Below the pieces are notes generated by a model. The model had not been told where the DNA came from, ran no database searches, and was given only the letters and a program-made list of their open reading frames with translations. Made by a program: the position numbers and the translations under genes. A stretch of 64,000 nt of DNA from positions 1,248,001 to 1,312,000 of the forward strand of contig CAVXVB010000009.1 in NCBI GenBank assembly GCA_963765205.1, written 5' to 3'. This DNA comes from an uncultured Verrucomicrobiae bacterium. GTDB taxonomy: Bacteria; Verrucomicrobiota; Verrucomicrobiia; Opitutales; JABDGR01. The stretch's first letter is position 1. Every line of letters starts with the position of its first letter. Shown here in pieces: positions 1-10,483 of the stretch.

Positions 1-1
1 G

Positions 2-622
2 ATGTGGGTTTACGCACAATTGTATGGCTGGTGGTTTGGCGTGGGATTTGTGATTTTGATTTTCGTGCATGAATGCGGGCACTTGCTGGTGGCGAAATAC
101 TTCGGCCTGCGCGTGGGCGCGCCGATGTTCATTCCCTTCATGGGCGCCGTAATTCTGCTAAAGGAATCGCCGCGCAACGCGTGGGTGGAGGCGTGCGTAG
201 GCATCGGCGGGCCCATGCTTGGCACGGTGGGCGCGGGGGCGTGCGAAATGATTTATTTGCTGACGGGAAACCCGATGTATCGCGCGCTGGCATGGACCGG
301 ATTTTTCATCAACTTGTTCAACCTGGCGCCGGTCAGCCCGCTCGATGGTGGGCGCATTGTGACCGCGCTGTCGCCGTGGTTGTGGATCGTGGGCTATTTG
401 ATGATGGTGGCTTACTTAATCTACCAACCGAGTTTGCTGCTGATTATTATCCTGCTCATGGGCCTGCGCCGGCTGTTTTCGCTGTTTCGCAGCAGAACCG
501 CGGCGCAACAGCGCTACTTCGAGGTTGCCACCCCGCAGCGCTTTATCATGGCGGGGATGTATTTCGGGCTGATACTGGCGCTGCTGGTCGGGATGGATCT
601 GACGTTTATGTCCGGGAATTGA
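2..622 (+). CDS. Site-2 protease (peptidase M50), 5' end outside window
   Basis: HECGH zinc motif, NLAPVSPLDGG motif, several hydrophobic segments. Confidence 0.9.
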   Translation: MWVYAQLYGWWFGVGFVILIFVHECGHLLVAKYFGLRVGAPMFIPFMGAVILLKESPRNAWVEACVGIGGPMLGTVGAGACEMIYLLTGNPMYRALAWTGFFINLFNLAPVSPLDGGRIVTALSPWLWIVGYLMMVAYLIYQPSLLLIIILLMGLRRLFSLFRSRTAAQQRYFEVATPQRFIMAGMYFGLILALLVGMDLTFMSGN

Positions 623-1076
623 AGCATTGCGAAATTCCTACTCTCGGCCAGCTAATAAATCCATGCGCGAACTGGGTGGCCTTTTCATCGGGCCACGGCC
701 CGAGAAGTCCGCGCCTTAAAGGGAAAAATTTTCTCGCCAGCCGCCATTCTCGGCGCAAAGGCGGCGCTGAATCCAACCGCCGGGGTGCCGGAGCCTGCGT
801 CTCCGCGCTTTTAATCGCGATTTTTCCCTCGTAAAGTTGGGCGAGAGGGAAGACCAAATCAAAATCGTCCCAATGGAGCTGGCCGTCTTCGACGACAAAG
901 CGGGAAAAGTTCTCCTTTTTTAGATAACGGCGCAAATCGGGATGGCGGGACGCGCGCAGGAAAGGGCCAAAAGCCACCGTAGTAACCTTGCCGTCCGCGA
1001 ACTCCAGGCGCAGCTTGTGCGGGCCGGCCAGCGTGGCGCGGTCGAGCTGGATGACTGATGGGGCCGTGGCGTTCAT
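606..1076 (-). CDS. DUF2442-domain protein (putative antitoxin partner of DUF4160)
   Basis: KLRLEFADGK...GQLHWDDFDLVF pattern; directly downstream of the DUF4160 gene; C-terminal ~65 aa look like non-conserved extension. Confidence 0.7.
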   Translation of the reverse strand: MNATAPSVIQLDRATLAGPHKLRLEFADGKVTTVAFGPFLRASRHPDLRRYLKKENFSRFVVEDGQLHWDDFDLVFPLAQLYEGKIAIKSAETQAPAPRRLDSAPPLRREWRLARKFFPLRRGLLGPWPDEKATQFAHGFISWPRVGISQCFNSRT

Positions 1077-1379
1077 TTTAGACGACGCAGAATCTTAACG
1101 GGGGGTGACGTGAAGATGGAAGACGAAAAAGTCGGCCCATTTTTCTGAAATTTCTCCAACCCGGCTTTCCACCAGCAAACGAAAATCGGCCAGATCCTTC
1201 GGCGCCAAAGGCAACATTCCGGCCACTGCGGCCAAACGGATTTCGACAATCTTGCCATTAATGAAAATCAACTCCGCCTTCGATTCCCGGCCGGCTTTGA
1301 ATCCGTGGACATGCACGGGCAAATGCTCGTTTGCATAAAAGAAAACTCTCAGCCCGAAATATTCGTAAAGCTTCGGCAT
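1073..1379 (-). CDS. DUF4160-domain protein (putative toxin); as given it stops at 1095, probably from a 1-bp indel in the G6 run at 1100-1105
   Basis: MPKLYEYFGLRVFFYANEHLPVHVH motif; removing one base gives ...TPVKILRRLK* with an ATGA overlap onto the DUF2442 start. Confidence 0.75.
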
Positions 1380-1421
1380 GGCGGGTCTGGCCAGGAAGGT
1401 TCTGCCGTGGTTGTCGGGTGC

Positions 1422-2840
1422 TTATTCTTTGGGCCCGAGCATGTCTTCGGGGCGGACGAGGCGGTCGAAGGTGGCGGCGTCGAGGCCGCCGAGGGCGAGG
1501 GCGGCTTCCTTGAGCGTGGTGTGATGGTGGTGGGCGTGGTGCGCGATTTTGGCGGCCTGGTCGTAGCCGACGTGCGGGCTGAGGGCGGTGACGAGCATGA
1601 GCGAGCGTTCCATGTTTTGGTGGAGTTGCGCGATGTTCGGCTCTAGGCCGGCGATGCAATGGGTGGTGAAGCTGCGGCAGGAGTCGGCGAGCAGGCGCGT
1701 GCTGTGCAGGAAATTGTAAATCATCACGGGCTTGAAGACGTTCAGCTCGAAGTTGCCCTGCGTGCCGGCGAAGGCGATGGCGGCATCGTTGCCGAGAACT
1801 TGCACGCAGACCATGGTCAGCGCCTCGCATTGCGTGGGGTTGACCTTGCCGGGCATGATGGAGCTGCCGGGTTCGTTTTCGGGCAGGCTCAGCTCGCCGA
1901 GGCCGCAACGCGGGCCGGAACCCATCCAGCGGATGTCGTTGGCGATTTTCATGAGCGAGCAGGCGAGCGTGCGGGCCGCGCCGCTGGCGGCGACGACGGC
2001 ATCATGCGCAGCAAGCGCGGCGAATTTGTTTTCCGCTGAAACGAAGGGCAGTTTCGTTTCGCGGGCGATTTCGGCGCAGACGAGTTCGGCGAAGCGCGGG
2101 TGGGTGTTGAGGCCGGTGCCGACGGCGGTGCCCCCGATGGCTAGTTTACACAGGTCGGGCAGAACTTGGTCGAGGCGGCGCAGGTCGTCATCCAATTGGG
2201 CGACGTAGCCGGAGAATTCCTGGCCGAGGGTGATGGGCGTGGCGTCCATCAAATGGGTGCGGCCGGACTTGATGAGGTTGGCATACTGCTGGGCCTTGGC
2301 GGCGAGGGCCTCGCGCAACTCACTGACGGCGGGGCGCAGGCGGTGTTTCAAATCGAGCGCGGCGGCGACGTGCATCGCGGTGGGGAACGTGTCGTTCGAA
2401 GACTGTGACATGTTCACATGGTCGTTCGGGTGCACGGGCTTTTTCGAGCCGAGCAGACCGCCAGCCAGTTCGATGGCGCGGTTGGAGATGACCTCGTTGG
2501 CGTTCATATTCGACTGGGTGCCGCTGCCCGTCTGCCAAACGCTGAGGGGAAAATGGTCGTCTAATTCGCCGCGGATAACCTCGTCCGCGGCGGTGGTGAT
2601 GAATTTCGCGAGATCGAGCGGGAGCTTGCCGAGCTGCTGGTTGGCGAGCGCAGCAGCCTTTTTCAACGTGCCCATGGCGTGGACGACTTCGCGCGGCATG
2701 AGGTCGGCACCGATGGCGAAATAGATGAGGGAGCGGGCCGTCTGCGCGCCCCAATAGCGGTCGGCGGGCACGTCCATGGGGCCCATGCTGTCGGATTCGC
2801 GGCGGAGTTGGCCGGGTTTCGTGTTTGCAGGAATTTTCAT
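1422..2840 (-). CDS. fumC: Class II fumarate hydratase
   Basis: [15 protein letters not shown] signature, [29 protein letters not shown]. Confidence 0.97.
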   Translation of the reverse strand: MKIPANTKPGQLRRESDSMGPMDVPADRYWGAQTARSLIYFAIGADLMPREVVHAMGTLKKAAALANQQLGKLPLDLAKFITTAADEVIRGELDDHFPLSVWQTGSGTQSNMNANEVISNRAIELAGGLLGSKKPVHPNDHVNMSQSSNDTFPTAMHVAAALDLKHRLRPAVSELREALAAKAQQYANLIKSGRTHLMDATPITLGQEFSGYVAQLDDDLRRLDQVLPDLCKLAIGGTAVGTGLNTHPRFAELVCAEIARETKLPFVSAENKFAALAAHDAVVAASGAARTLACSLMKIANDIRWMGSGPRCGLGELSLPENEPGSSIMPGKVNPTQCEALTMVCVQVLGNDAAIAFAGTQGNFELNVFKPVMIYNFLHSTRLLADSCRSFTTHCIAGLEPNIAQLHQNMERSLMLVTALSPHVGYDQAAKIAHHAHHHHTTLKEAALALGGLDAATFDRLVRPEDMLGPKE

Positions 2841-2910
2841 GGGAAGGATGGGAAGAATGGGAGTAATGGGGTTGATAATGCGAAGAGGATACTTTTTCCA
2901 TCTTCCATTC
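2841..2910. repeat. Intergenic degenerate 9-mer/7-mer tandem repeats
   Basis: GGAAGGATG GGAAGAATG GGAGTAATG followed by TTTCCAT CTTCCAT. Confidence 0.5.
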
Positions 2911-2915
2911 TTTAA

Positions 2916-3884
2916 TTATGGATGATAATTGAAGATTTCTTCCGGCGTGGCGGTGGCGGTGCCGAATTTGCCGACGACGACGCCGGCGGCGGTGTTGGCG
3001 AAGTGGGCGGCGTCGGCAAGGCTCACGCCCGCAGCGAGGGCGAGGGTGAGCGCGGCGATGACGGTGTCGCCCGCGCCGGTGACGTCGAAGACTTCGCGCG
3101 CGTAGGTTTTGATGATCTTGTATTTCTCCCCGGGGGCACGGAGCAACATGCCTTTTTCACCGAGGGTGATGACCAGGTATTTCGGCATGTATTTGTGGTC
3201 AATGCGTTCGACCACGGCGTCGAAAGACGGCATGGTGGAGGGCGGGAGATCGGGGGAATAGCCGACCATTTCGAGCGCTTCCTTCCAGTTGGGGGTGAGC
3301 AAATCGAGGCCGCGCACTTCGAGCGGGCGGCGCGGCTTGGGGTCGAGCGCGACGAAGACGCCTTTTTTCTGCGCGGCTTGGGCCAGATGGGTCAGGAGTT
3401 CGGTGCTGAGCGCGCCTTTGGCGTAATCGGAAAAGATGAGGGCGGCAGCGCCAGTTAGCTTTTTCTCGATCCAGCCGGGTGCCGCACCGGCCAGTGCGTA
3501 GTGGGTGGTCGAGGATTCGCGGTCGAGGCGGCAGAGTTGCTGGTGGCCGGCAATAATGCGCGTTTTGACGATGGTGGGAGTTTCCGGGCGCGCGAAGCGG
3601 GCGTCGAAGGAGACCTTGGCCTCGGCCAGCTTGGCGCGCAATTTTTCGCCGGCGGCGTCCTGGCCGATCCAGCCGCACAATTCGGCTTTGGCGCCGAAGG
3701 AAACGAGGTTCAGAGCCACATTGGCCGAGCCGCCCGCGACGTAGGTCTCGCGCTCGACGGCGACGACGGGGACGGGCGCTTCGGGCGAGAGGCGGTGGGC
3801 GTGGCCCCAAATATACTCGTCGAGCATTACGTCGCCGACGACCACGGCGCGCAGGGCTGGAAATTTGGCGAGGAGGGGGCGCAT
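2916..3884 (-). CDS. rfaE1: D-glycero-beta-D-manno-heptose-7-phosphate kinase (PfkB family, HldE kinase domain)
   Basis: VVGDVMLDEY, SPEAPVPVV, SDYAKG, DVTGAGDT motifs; start set at ATG 3884 because the upstream extension is translated heptamer repeat. Confidence 0.88.
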   Translation of the reverse strand: MRPLLAKFPALRAVVVGDVMLDEYIWGHAHRLSPEAPVPVVAVERETYVAGGSANVALNLVSFGAKAELCGWIGQDAAGEKLRAKLAEAKVSFDARFARPETPTIVKTRIIAGHQQLCRLDRESSTTHYALAGAAPGWIEKKLTGAAALIFSDYAKGALSTELLTHLAQAAQKKGVFVALDPKPRRPLEVRGLDLLTPNWKEALEMVGYSPDLPPSTMPSFDAVVERIDHKYMPKYLVITLGEKGMLLRAPGEKYKIIKTYAREVFDVTGAGDTVIAALTLALAAGVSLADAAHFANTAAGVVVGKFGTATATPEEIFNYHP

Positions 3885-3899
3885 GGGGGTGGGGGAGTT

Positions 3900-4118
3900 C
3901 TGAATTCTGAATGCTGAATTCTGAATGCAGAGTGCTGTTTTCAAATTTCAGATTTGTGATTTCAGATTGCCTGGAATTGCCGGAAGGGTGGCAGGAAAAC
4001 AACCGGAAATGAAAAAGAATATAAAGGATAATTCAGTTTGGAATGGAGTTTGTTCAGCAATCAGCATTCAGCAATCAGAAATCTGCTTCGGGCATTCAGA
4101 ATTCAGCACGCAGCATTC
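3900..4118. repeat. Inverted pair of heptamer tandem arrays with a second heptamer family inside
   Basis: CTGAATT/CTGAATG x4 (3900-3927); TTCAAAT TTCAGAT TTGTGAT TTCAGAT (3940-3967); (A/T)TCAGCA and CATTCAG AATTCAG arrays (4053-4118). Confidence 0.8.
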
Positions 4119-4119
4119 T

Positions 4120-5298
4120 TCAGCGCAATTCCCAATTGTAGTCGTAATCCGAGAGCAGCCGGCAGCCGTCGTCGGTGATTTGGACGACGTCCTCGATGCG
4201 GCAGCCGCCGAGGCCGGGATAATACAGGCCCGGCTCAATGGTGATGATGGTGCCTTTGAGGAGGCGGCCGCCGGAGAGGTTGACGCGCGGCGGTTCGTGG
4301 ATGTCGAGGCCAAGGCCGTGGCCGGTGCCGTGGAAAAAGCCTTCGACGTGCGTGGGCTTGTACCGCGTTTCGTAGCCGAGCTTGGTGAAATATTTTTGCA
4401 CGGCCTGGTGGACTTTTTTGCCGGTGACGCCGGGGCGGAGTTTTTTGATCGCGATTTTTTGGGCGCGGCGCACGGCGTCCACCAACGCGCGCTGGGGTTC
4501 GCTGGCGCGGCCTTTGAGGAAGGTGCGCGTCATGTCGCCGAAGTAGCCGGATTCCATGACGCGCGGAAACACGTCCACGATGATCAAATCGCTGGCGCGC
4601 AAGGGGCCGGAGCCGCGGCAGTGCGGGTCGCAGGCCTGCTGGCCGCCAGCGACAATGGTGTTTTGCGCAACGGCGCCGTTTTCGAGGCAGGCGACATCCA
4701 CGAGAAAGCGCAGGGCTTCCGAGGTGAGGGACTTGCCTTCGAAGTAGAGTTCGCCGTTGCGCTTGGCGACGCTGCGGCGGAGGGCTTTTTCGGCCGCCCA
4801 GAGGCCGGCGGCACAGGCTTCACAACCTTCGCGCACGAGGGCGGCTTCTTCCTTGTTCTTGATGGCGCGTTCGGGGAAGAGCGGCCCGTCGCTGACTTCC
4901 ACGGGGATTTGCAGCGCGCGCAGTTTGGTCAGGAGGCCGGCGGGAAATTCCGGCGGCACGATGAAGCGGCGGACGCCGTATTCGCGCGCGAGGAGTTTGA
5001 CGATGTGCGCGATACCGGTATCGGGGCGGCGGAAAGTCTCGCGGGCTTTTTTCTGCCATTCGTCGAGGCGCAGGACGGTGTCGTAGCTGGATTCCTTGAG
5101 CGCGCGACCATATTCGAGCGGGTTCAGGACGGCGACGCGCTGGCCGCGTGGGCCAAAGGCGAGGTAGGCGTCGGGCGCGAAAAAGCGGCCGAAATAGTAT
5201 TGGTCGGCGTTGGTGTCGGACGCCGCGTAGAGCAGCGGGCAGGCGGGCGGCGTCCGCGGAGCGGGGCGGTGGGGGGCGGGTTTGCGCGCGCGGGCCAT
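4120..5298 (-). CDS. Xaa-Pro aminopeptidase (M24 family)
   Basis: DVFPR..YFGDMTRT, HGTGHGLGLDIHE, IEPGLY, GCRIEDVV metal-binding motifs; start codon uncertain. Confidence 0.92.
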   Translation of the reverse strand: MARARKPAPHRPAPRTPPACPLLYAASDTNADQYYFGRFFAPDAYLAFGPRGQRVAVLNPLEYGRALKESSYDTVLRLDEWQKKARETFRRPDTGIAHIVKLLAREYGVRRFIVPPEFPAGLLTKLRALQIPVEVSDGPLFPERAIKNKEEAALVREGCEACAAGLWAAEKALRRSVAKRNGELYFEGKSLTSEALRFLVDVACLENGAVAQNTIVAGGQQACDPHCRGSGPLRASDLIIVDVFPRVMESGYFGDMTRTFLKGRASEPQRALVDAVRRAQKIAIKKLRPGVTGKKVHQAVQKYFTKLGYETRYKPTHVEGFFHGTGHGLGLDIHEPPRVNLSGGRLLKGTIITIEPGLYYPGLGGCRIEDVVQITDDGCRLLSDYDYNWELR

Positions 5299-5581
5299 GG
5301 GCGGGTCGGGGAGGATTCGCGGGTTTGCGCCGAGCATGGCGGGCGCGGGCGGGCGGTGCAATACGGGAATGGCGGGGGTGGGTGAGCGCCTATCTAGCCT
5401 CGCGTCACCCGATCTCCAATCCCGGACAATCCTCAAAAAATAATCATGTTTAAGTCATTAAACAATAAATCGTTGCACAAGTCTCATAAAAAACCCCTCA
5501 AGTCGAGGCACGAAACGAGTATCATCTAGGGTGCGAAACACAACCCAACCGGCTTTATAAACATCAACACATCCGTCAAAA

Positions 5582-6208
5582 ATGCCAACTGCCAACGACC
5601 TTCGAACCCAAGTGCTAATTCCTGAGCAATGGATTCAAATAGATCCAGGTTATCCGCCTCAAGGTCACCCTCGACGCCGACGGGTTGCTGGTCAAGAAGA
5701 CTGGACGGTAATAGCACCACGCAAGCAAATAATAGACGAGGGTTTTATTGTCTATACCGTTCTAAACGACCCATATATTCTGACCATCGGCGAAGGGCTA
5801 GATGACCGCATGCCGCCATTGCCAAGGTCTTCGTGCAAGAAGCATACAAAGGCGTTTATTGTCGCCGTGGCTTGGTGCCTTTTTGAACCGCAAAACGGAA
5901 ATGAATACTGGTATCACCAATACCCATCAAAGACTGAGGCCAAACAAAAACAGGATCGACTTCACGGCGTCTATGGGAAGATGTATCTTCCTAACGAAGA
6001 TGGCGCTCCGACAACAAACGTTGAATTGTCCGTGGCTTCAATTTGGCTCTGGAATAAACTCAGGGAGGAGTTTAATCTAAACCCCAGTCCCGGATTGGCC
6101 GCGCAGATGGATTTGGTCATGCACGATGGCGATGTGCTGTCCGCTCTGCTTAAATTTTCGGAGTGGGCCGACGAGGCCAAAAGGCTGCTCAAAGGATATT
6201 ACAAATAA
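5582..6208 (+). CDS. Hypothetical protein, low GC, weak GIY-YIG-like motif
   Basis: 208-aa ORF in AT-richer DNA; IVY...TIGEG...R...EAKQKQ pattern. Confidence 0.6.
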   Translation: MPTANDLRTQVLIPEQWIQIDPGYPPQGHPRRRRVAGQEDWTVIAPRKQIIDEGFIVYTVLNDPYILTIGEGLDDRMPPLPRSSCKKHTKAFIVAVAWCLFEPQNGNEYWYHQYPSKTEAKQKQDRLHGVYGKMYLPNEDGAPTTNVELSVASIWLWNKLREEFNLNPSPGLAAQMDLVMHDGDVLSALLKFSEWADEAKRLLKGYYK

Positions 6209-6269
6209 AATCCTCGCACTGGTAGCTTAATTTTTCTATCCAATACTCTACTGTTAACCTCCTGCTCCC

Positions 6270-6650
6270 ATGCCAACGCCCATTGACTTATATGCCAAGA
6301 TCATCGGAAGAATGAATGCAGGCCAGTTGCTGAATGATTATAGAGAAGATGGCGGAGATGCAGTAAGGATTAGGATAATGTATGCACTCTGCGTGGCGAG
6401 CGAAAACGGCAATTTAAATATCGTAAATAGCCTATTAGGATTAGGAGTTCCATTCACCCCAAAAGAGTTAAACCAAGCTCTATGTGCAGCCTGCCTTTTT
6501 GGTCGAGCGGCTGTGATTCGTCGCCTTTTGGATGCAGAAGCAGAAGTTGCAGGACTAACTCTGAGTCATTTACTTGCATGTAAAGAACATTACCCAGAAC
6601 GCCCTTCTTTAGAGGCTGAATTGCTGAAAGAGACAATGAGGAAAAAATAG
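6270..6650 (+). CDS. Small ankyrin-repeat-like protein
   Basis: ALCVASENGNLNIVNSLLGLG and ALCAACLFGRAAVIRRLLDAEA match ankyrin repeat consensus. Confidence 0.7.
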   Translation: MPTPIDLYAKIIGRMNAGQLLNDYREDGGDAVRIRIMYALCVASENGNLNIVNSLLGLGVPFTPKELNQALCAACLFGRAAVIRRLLDAEAEVAGLTLSHLLACKEHYPERPSLEAELLKETMRKK

Positions 6651-6658
6651 AAACCAAA

Positions 6659-7093
6659 ATGATGAAACTTTATTTCGCCTACGGCTCGAACCTTTTCCGG
6701 GAGCAAATGGATGAGCGATGCCCCGGCAATGAACGCCGGGGCCGGGCGATCCTGCGCGGATATTTTTGGTATATCACCTCGCGGACCTATGCGAGCATCA
6801 GGAAATCCAAGCCGGATTATGTCGAGGGTTTTCTTTACCGGATTACCGATGAGAACGAGGAAGCATTGGATGAATTTGAGGGGGTCGAACGTGGGTTGTA
6901 TGTGAAGGATTATATCCCCGTGGAGCACAATGGGGAAATTATACCGGGGGTGCTGGTTTATATTGACCCGGAGACCAGAACAGGCAGACCGCAACAATGG
7001 TATATTGACGCAATCAACCGGGGGATTGTGGACGCGGAATTCTCGCCGGAATATGTCACGCGTTACATCAGGCCGTTTATTCCTGAAGAATAA
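6659..7093 (+). CDS. Gamma-glutamylcyclotransferase family protein
   Basis: LYFAYGSNL...QMDERCP and LDEFEG motifs. Confidence 0.9.
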   Translation: MMKLYFAYGSNLFREQMDERCPGNERRGRAILRGYFWYITSRTYASIRKSKPDYVEGFLYRITDENEEALDEFEGVERGLYVKDYIPVEHNGEIIPGVLVYIDPETRTGRPQQWYIDAINRGIVDAEFSPEYVTRYIRPFIPEE

Positions 7094-7113
7094 TACTCTT
7101 TCTCAATCGTTTG

Positions 7114-7146
7114 TGGACTATATGGACTGGATGGACCGTATGGAAC
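7114..7146. repeat. 9-mer tandem repeat
   Basis: TGGACTATA TGGACTGGA TGGACCGTA TGGAAC. Confidence 0.6.
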
Positions 7147-7231
7147 GGCTTCGAGGGAAGTCCAAAAGCGTCATGAAATGGGTATAAGGCCATTTGCTCC
7201 CCCACCCCCAAGCCCGGTAACCCCGCCGGCC

Positions 7232-7621
<390 letters not shown>

Positions 7622-7732
7622 CTAACGAGACCGCGTGGGTTTGGCAATTAAATTGCGGGAGGACGAGCCGTCACGTTGCTGTTTCCTTTCTTTACAATCG
7701 GCGGAAGGCTGCTAGGGTCAGGGATTTAAGGC

Positions 7733-9073
7733 ATGAAGCAACGCACCATTTTGCGCGAGGTCTCGACCAAGGGCACGTCGCTGCACACCGGGGAGGAAGT
7801 CCACCTCACCTTCAAACCCGCCGCCGAGGACCATGGGGTCGTCTTCCGGCGCATTGACCTTTATGGCAAGCCGGAGATTCGCGCGAACGTCGAGCACGTC
7901 ACGGAATTGGTGCGCTCGACGACGCTGTCGTCGGGCCACGCGAAAGTCCACACGGTCGAGCATGTGCTGAGCGCGCTGAGCGGGCTGGGGATTGATAATG
8001 TGCTGGTGGAGCTGGACGCAAGCGAGCCGCCGATCTTGGATGGCTCGGCCCGGCCGTTTGTCCTGCTGCTGCAACAGGCGGAGGCGGTGGAGCAGGCGAA
8101 GGACCGCAAATATTTTGTGCTGAAGGAGCCGGTGTGCATTTCGGAGGGCAACCGCTCGATCATCGCGATTCCGTATGATGGGTTGAAGATCACCTGCACG
8201 TCGGCCGACGACCGGGGCATCCACACGCAGCACCTGTCGCTCGATATTGACCCGGACAGCTACGCGGCGCAAATCGCGCCCGCGCGCACATTCACCATTT
8301 ACGAGGACATCGAGGAGCTGCTCAAGCTCGGCAAAATCCAGGGCGGGAGCCTCGACTCGGCCATCGTGATCAAGGGCGATAAAATCATTTCGAAGGAGCC
8401 GCTGCGCTTCAAGGAGGAGTTCGTGCGGCACAAGATCCTTGACATCGTGGGCGACATTGCGCTGCTGGGGCTGCCGCTGAAGGCGCACATCATCGCGGTG
8501 CGGCCGGGCCACGCGCTCAACGCGCGGCTGACGCAGGCGCTGCATCTGGCGATGACCGAGGCGAAGGAAGGGAAAAAGCCCGCGAAAATTGACGCGAAAA
8601 AAATCGTCGCGCCGGATGCGAAGACGCTGGACGTGCGCCAGATTCTCGACCTGCTGCCGCACCGCTACCCGTTCATCATGATTGACCGCGTCACGCAAAT
8701 CCTCAGCGAGGACGAACTGATCGCGGTGAAGAACGTGACGATCAACGAGCCGTATTTCATGGGGCATTTTCCCGGCCACCCGGTGATGCCGGGCGTGCTC
8801 CAGCTCGAGGCGATGGCGCAGGCGGCGGGGATTCTCATGCTGCGGCGGGTGTCGGCGGAGGGCAAAATCGCGTTTTTCATGAGCGCGGACAAAATCAAGT
8901 TCCGCCAGGCGGTGGTGCCGGGCGACCAGTTGGAGGTGCAGGTGAAGCTGGTCAAGCATCGCGGGCTGAAAATCGCCGTGGCCGAAGGGGTCTGCAAAGT
9001 GGAGGGCAAGGTCGTGTCCTCGGCGGAATTGATGTTCGCGCTGGTGGACGCGGCGGAGGAGGCGGGGGCGTGA
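7733..9073 (+). CDS. lpxC: Bifunctional UDP-3-O-acyl-GlcNAc deacetylase / 3-hydroxyacyl-ACP dehydratase (LpxC-FabZ)
   Basis: [26 protein letters not shown] (LpxC); [27 protein letters not shown] (FabZ). Confidence 0.96.
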   Translation: MKQRTILREVSTKGTSLHTGEEVHLTFKPAAEDHGVVFRRIDLYGKPEIRANVEHVTELVRSTTLSSGHAKVHTVEHVLSALSGLGIDNVLVELDASEPPILDGSARPFVLLLQQAEAVEQAKDRKYFVLKEPVCISEGNRSIIAIPYDGLKITCTSADDRGIHTQHLSLDIDPDSYAAQIAPARTFTIYEDIEELLKLGKIQGGSLDSAIVIKGDKIISKEPLRFKEEFVRHKILDIVGDIALLGLPLKAHIIAVRPGHALNARLTQALHLAMTEAKEGKKPAKIDAKKIVAPDAKTLDVRQILDLLPHRYPFIMIDRVTQILSEDELIAVKNVTINEPYFMGHFPGHPVMPGVLQLEAMAQAAGILMLRRVSAEGKIAFFMSADKIKFRQAVVPGDQLEVQVKLVKHRGLKIAVAEGVCKVEGKVVSSAELMFALVDAAEEAGA

Positions 9074-9111
9074 GTGCGGAATGTGGAGTGCTGATTTCTG
9101 AATGCTGAATT
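9072..9111. repeat. Degenerate heptamer tandem array
   Basis: GAGTGCG GAATGTG GAGTGCT GATTTCT GAATGCT GAATT immediately after the lpxC-fabZ stop. Confidence 0.6.
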
Positions 9112-9127
9112 AAACATCTGCTGGACC

Positions 9128-9694
9128 ATGTCACTGCATCTTCGAGAGACACTGGACGTTGTTGTTCCACGTATCTATGTGGCGTTGCCCAAATCAGGCC
9201 CCGCCGATGTCACGCTGGCCCCTAATGATTCACCCGTGGAGCGAAAGTTGGTTGCTGATTTGATGATCTTTTACGCCTTCGATCTGGAAACGCATTTCCA
9301 AATAGTAGCCAATCGTGATTTGCTGCGGCTGGGCGTTTCCAAGGATGAGCTGCACGACCGGGCGTTGGATAACCTTCGGGCATTAAAGCTCGAAGTTCGG
9401 GCACATGAAGGCGCAAACGTCATTATGCTCACTGCTGGAGGAAATTATGAAGCCACCTTAATTCTGCTTCCGGAAATCTGGGAATCCATCGCCCCCATGG
9501 TTTCAGGCCAAATTGTTGCTTCCGTCCCTCCTCGAGATGTTGTCTTCGTTACGGGCGATTCGACGAACGAGAATCTCGGCGAATTACGGCGATGCACATC
9601 CAAGGCGATTGAACATGCGGATAAGCCGCTATCGCGATGTTTTCTCCGCTGGAACGGCACCCGTTGGGAAAAATACGAAGGCTTTGCGGCGTAA
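9128..9694 (+). CDS. DUF1444/YtpQ-like protein
   Basis: YAFD...LHDRALDNL...GGNYEATLILLPEIW...VASVPPRDVVFV pattern; lower GC than flanks. Confidence 0.7.
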   Translation: MSLHLRETLDVVVPRIYVALPKSGPADVTLAPNDSPVERKLVADLMIFYAFDLETHFQIVANRDLLRLGVSKDELHDRALDNLRALKLEVRAHEGANVIMLTAGGNYEATLILLPEIWESIAPMVSGQIVASVPPRDVVFVTGDSTNENLGELRRCTSKAIEHADKPLSRCFLRWNGTRWEKYEGFAA

Positions 9695-9725
9695 ACACAA
9701 GAGGCGCGTTGTCGCCAGCTATTTT

Positions 9726-10286
9726 TTATGCGCCGAAGACTTTATCGAGTTTGACGGAGAAGCCGGGCAGGAGCGGGGTGGTGAGGGTGTCGGCGAGTTC
9801 CAAATAGGCGACGGGGCGGTCGGCATTTTCCTTAAATCGGTAAATTTGCACTGAGCGCAATTCGGGATCAATCAACCACATTTCAAGGACGCCGGCGCGG
9901 GCATAGACGCGGCGTTTGGCGTCCTTGTCGAGTCGCGCGGTGCTGGGGGAGAGTACTTCGACCACGAGGTCGGGCGCGCCGTGGACGCCGTCATCAAGCA
10001 GGATTTTCTTTTCGCGGGCAGCGGCGACATAGAGGACGTCGGGCTGGTAAACGTTGTTGTCGTCCAGATACACGTCAAAGGGGGCAATCATCACCGCGCC
10101 CTTTCGACTGCGCTTCACATGCTCATGGAGCAAGATGAAAATCGTTCCGCCAATGTTTTGATGGGATTTGCGGGGGCTGGGGGCCATAAAAAAATCTCCC
10201 TCAATCAGTTGAATGCGCGGGCCGCCCTCGGGCAACAAGAGGTAGTCTGAGACACTCAGAAGATTGCTGGTGGCAGTGGCTGACAT
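9726..10286 (-). CDS. Uma2 family (DUF820) endonuclease-like protein
   Basis: QLIEG..MAPSP...QPDVLY...GAPDLVVEVLSPST...K...Y...GV.EMWLIDP. Confidence 0.92.
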   Translation of the reverse strand: MSATATSNLLSVSDYLLLPEGGPRIQLIEGDFFMAPSPRKSHQNIGGTIFILLHEHVKRSRKGAVMIAPFDVYLDDNNVYQPDVLYVAAAREKKILLDDGVHGAPDLVVEVLSPSTARLDKDAKRRVYARAGVLEMWLIDPELRSVQIYRFKENADRPVAYLELADTLTTPLLPGFSVKLDKVFGA

Positions 10287-10407
10287 GGGGGGGATTTTAG
10301 GTTGTTTTCGGAGGTTGGCAAGAGCGCGATGGCGGATGGAGGATGAGAAAAATGGGGGGCGGTCATTCGCTTGGCTTGGTCGCGGGCGGGTGAGCGATGC
10401 CCTCGCC

Positions 10408-10444
10408 CAACAAAAAGGCGAAGCCCGGGAGGGGGCTTCGCCTT
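10408..10444 (-). terminator. Rho-independent terminator of the RRM gene
   Basis: 12-bp stem AAGGCGAAGCCC/GGGCTTCGCCTT followed by TTTGTT on the minus strand, 40 bp after the stop. Confidence 0.8.
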
Positions 10445-10483
10445 GGTAAAAAACGAGGGGTTAGCTCGGATTTGGCAATGACT

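Noticed and set aside
3885..3944. N-terminal extensions such as MKTALCIQNSAFRIQNS (rfaE1) and MEDGKWKNENR (18322-18423)
   Set aside because: Translated heptamer repeats; downstream ATGs match the family starts.
5440..7200. Integron cassette array or prophage edge
   Set aside because: No convincing attC sites, integrase or phage genes found.
7733..9073. lpxC-fabZ fusion as a novelty
   Set aside because: A known fusion in several phyla; useful only as a taxonomic hint.
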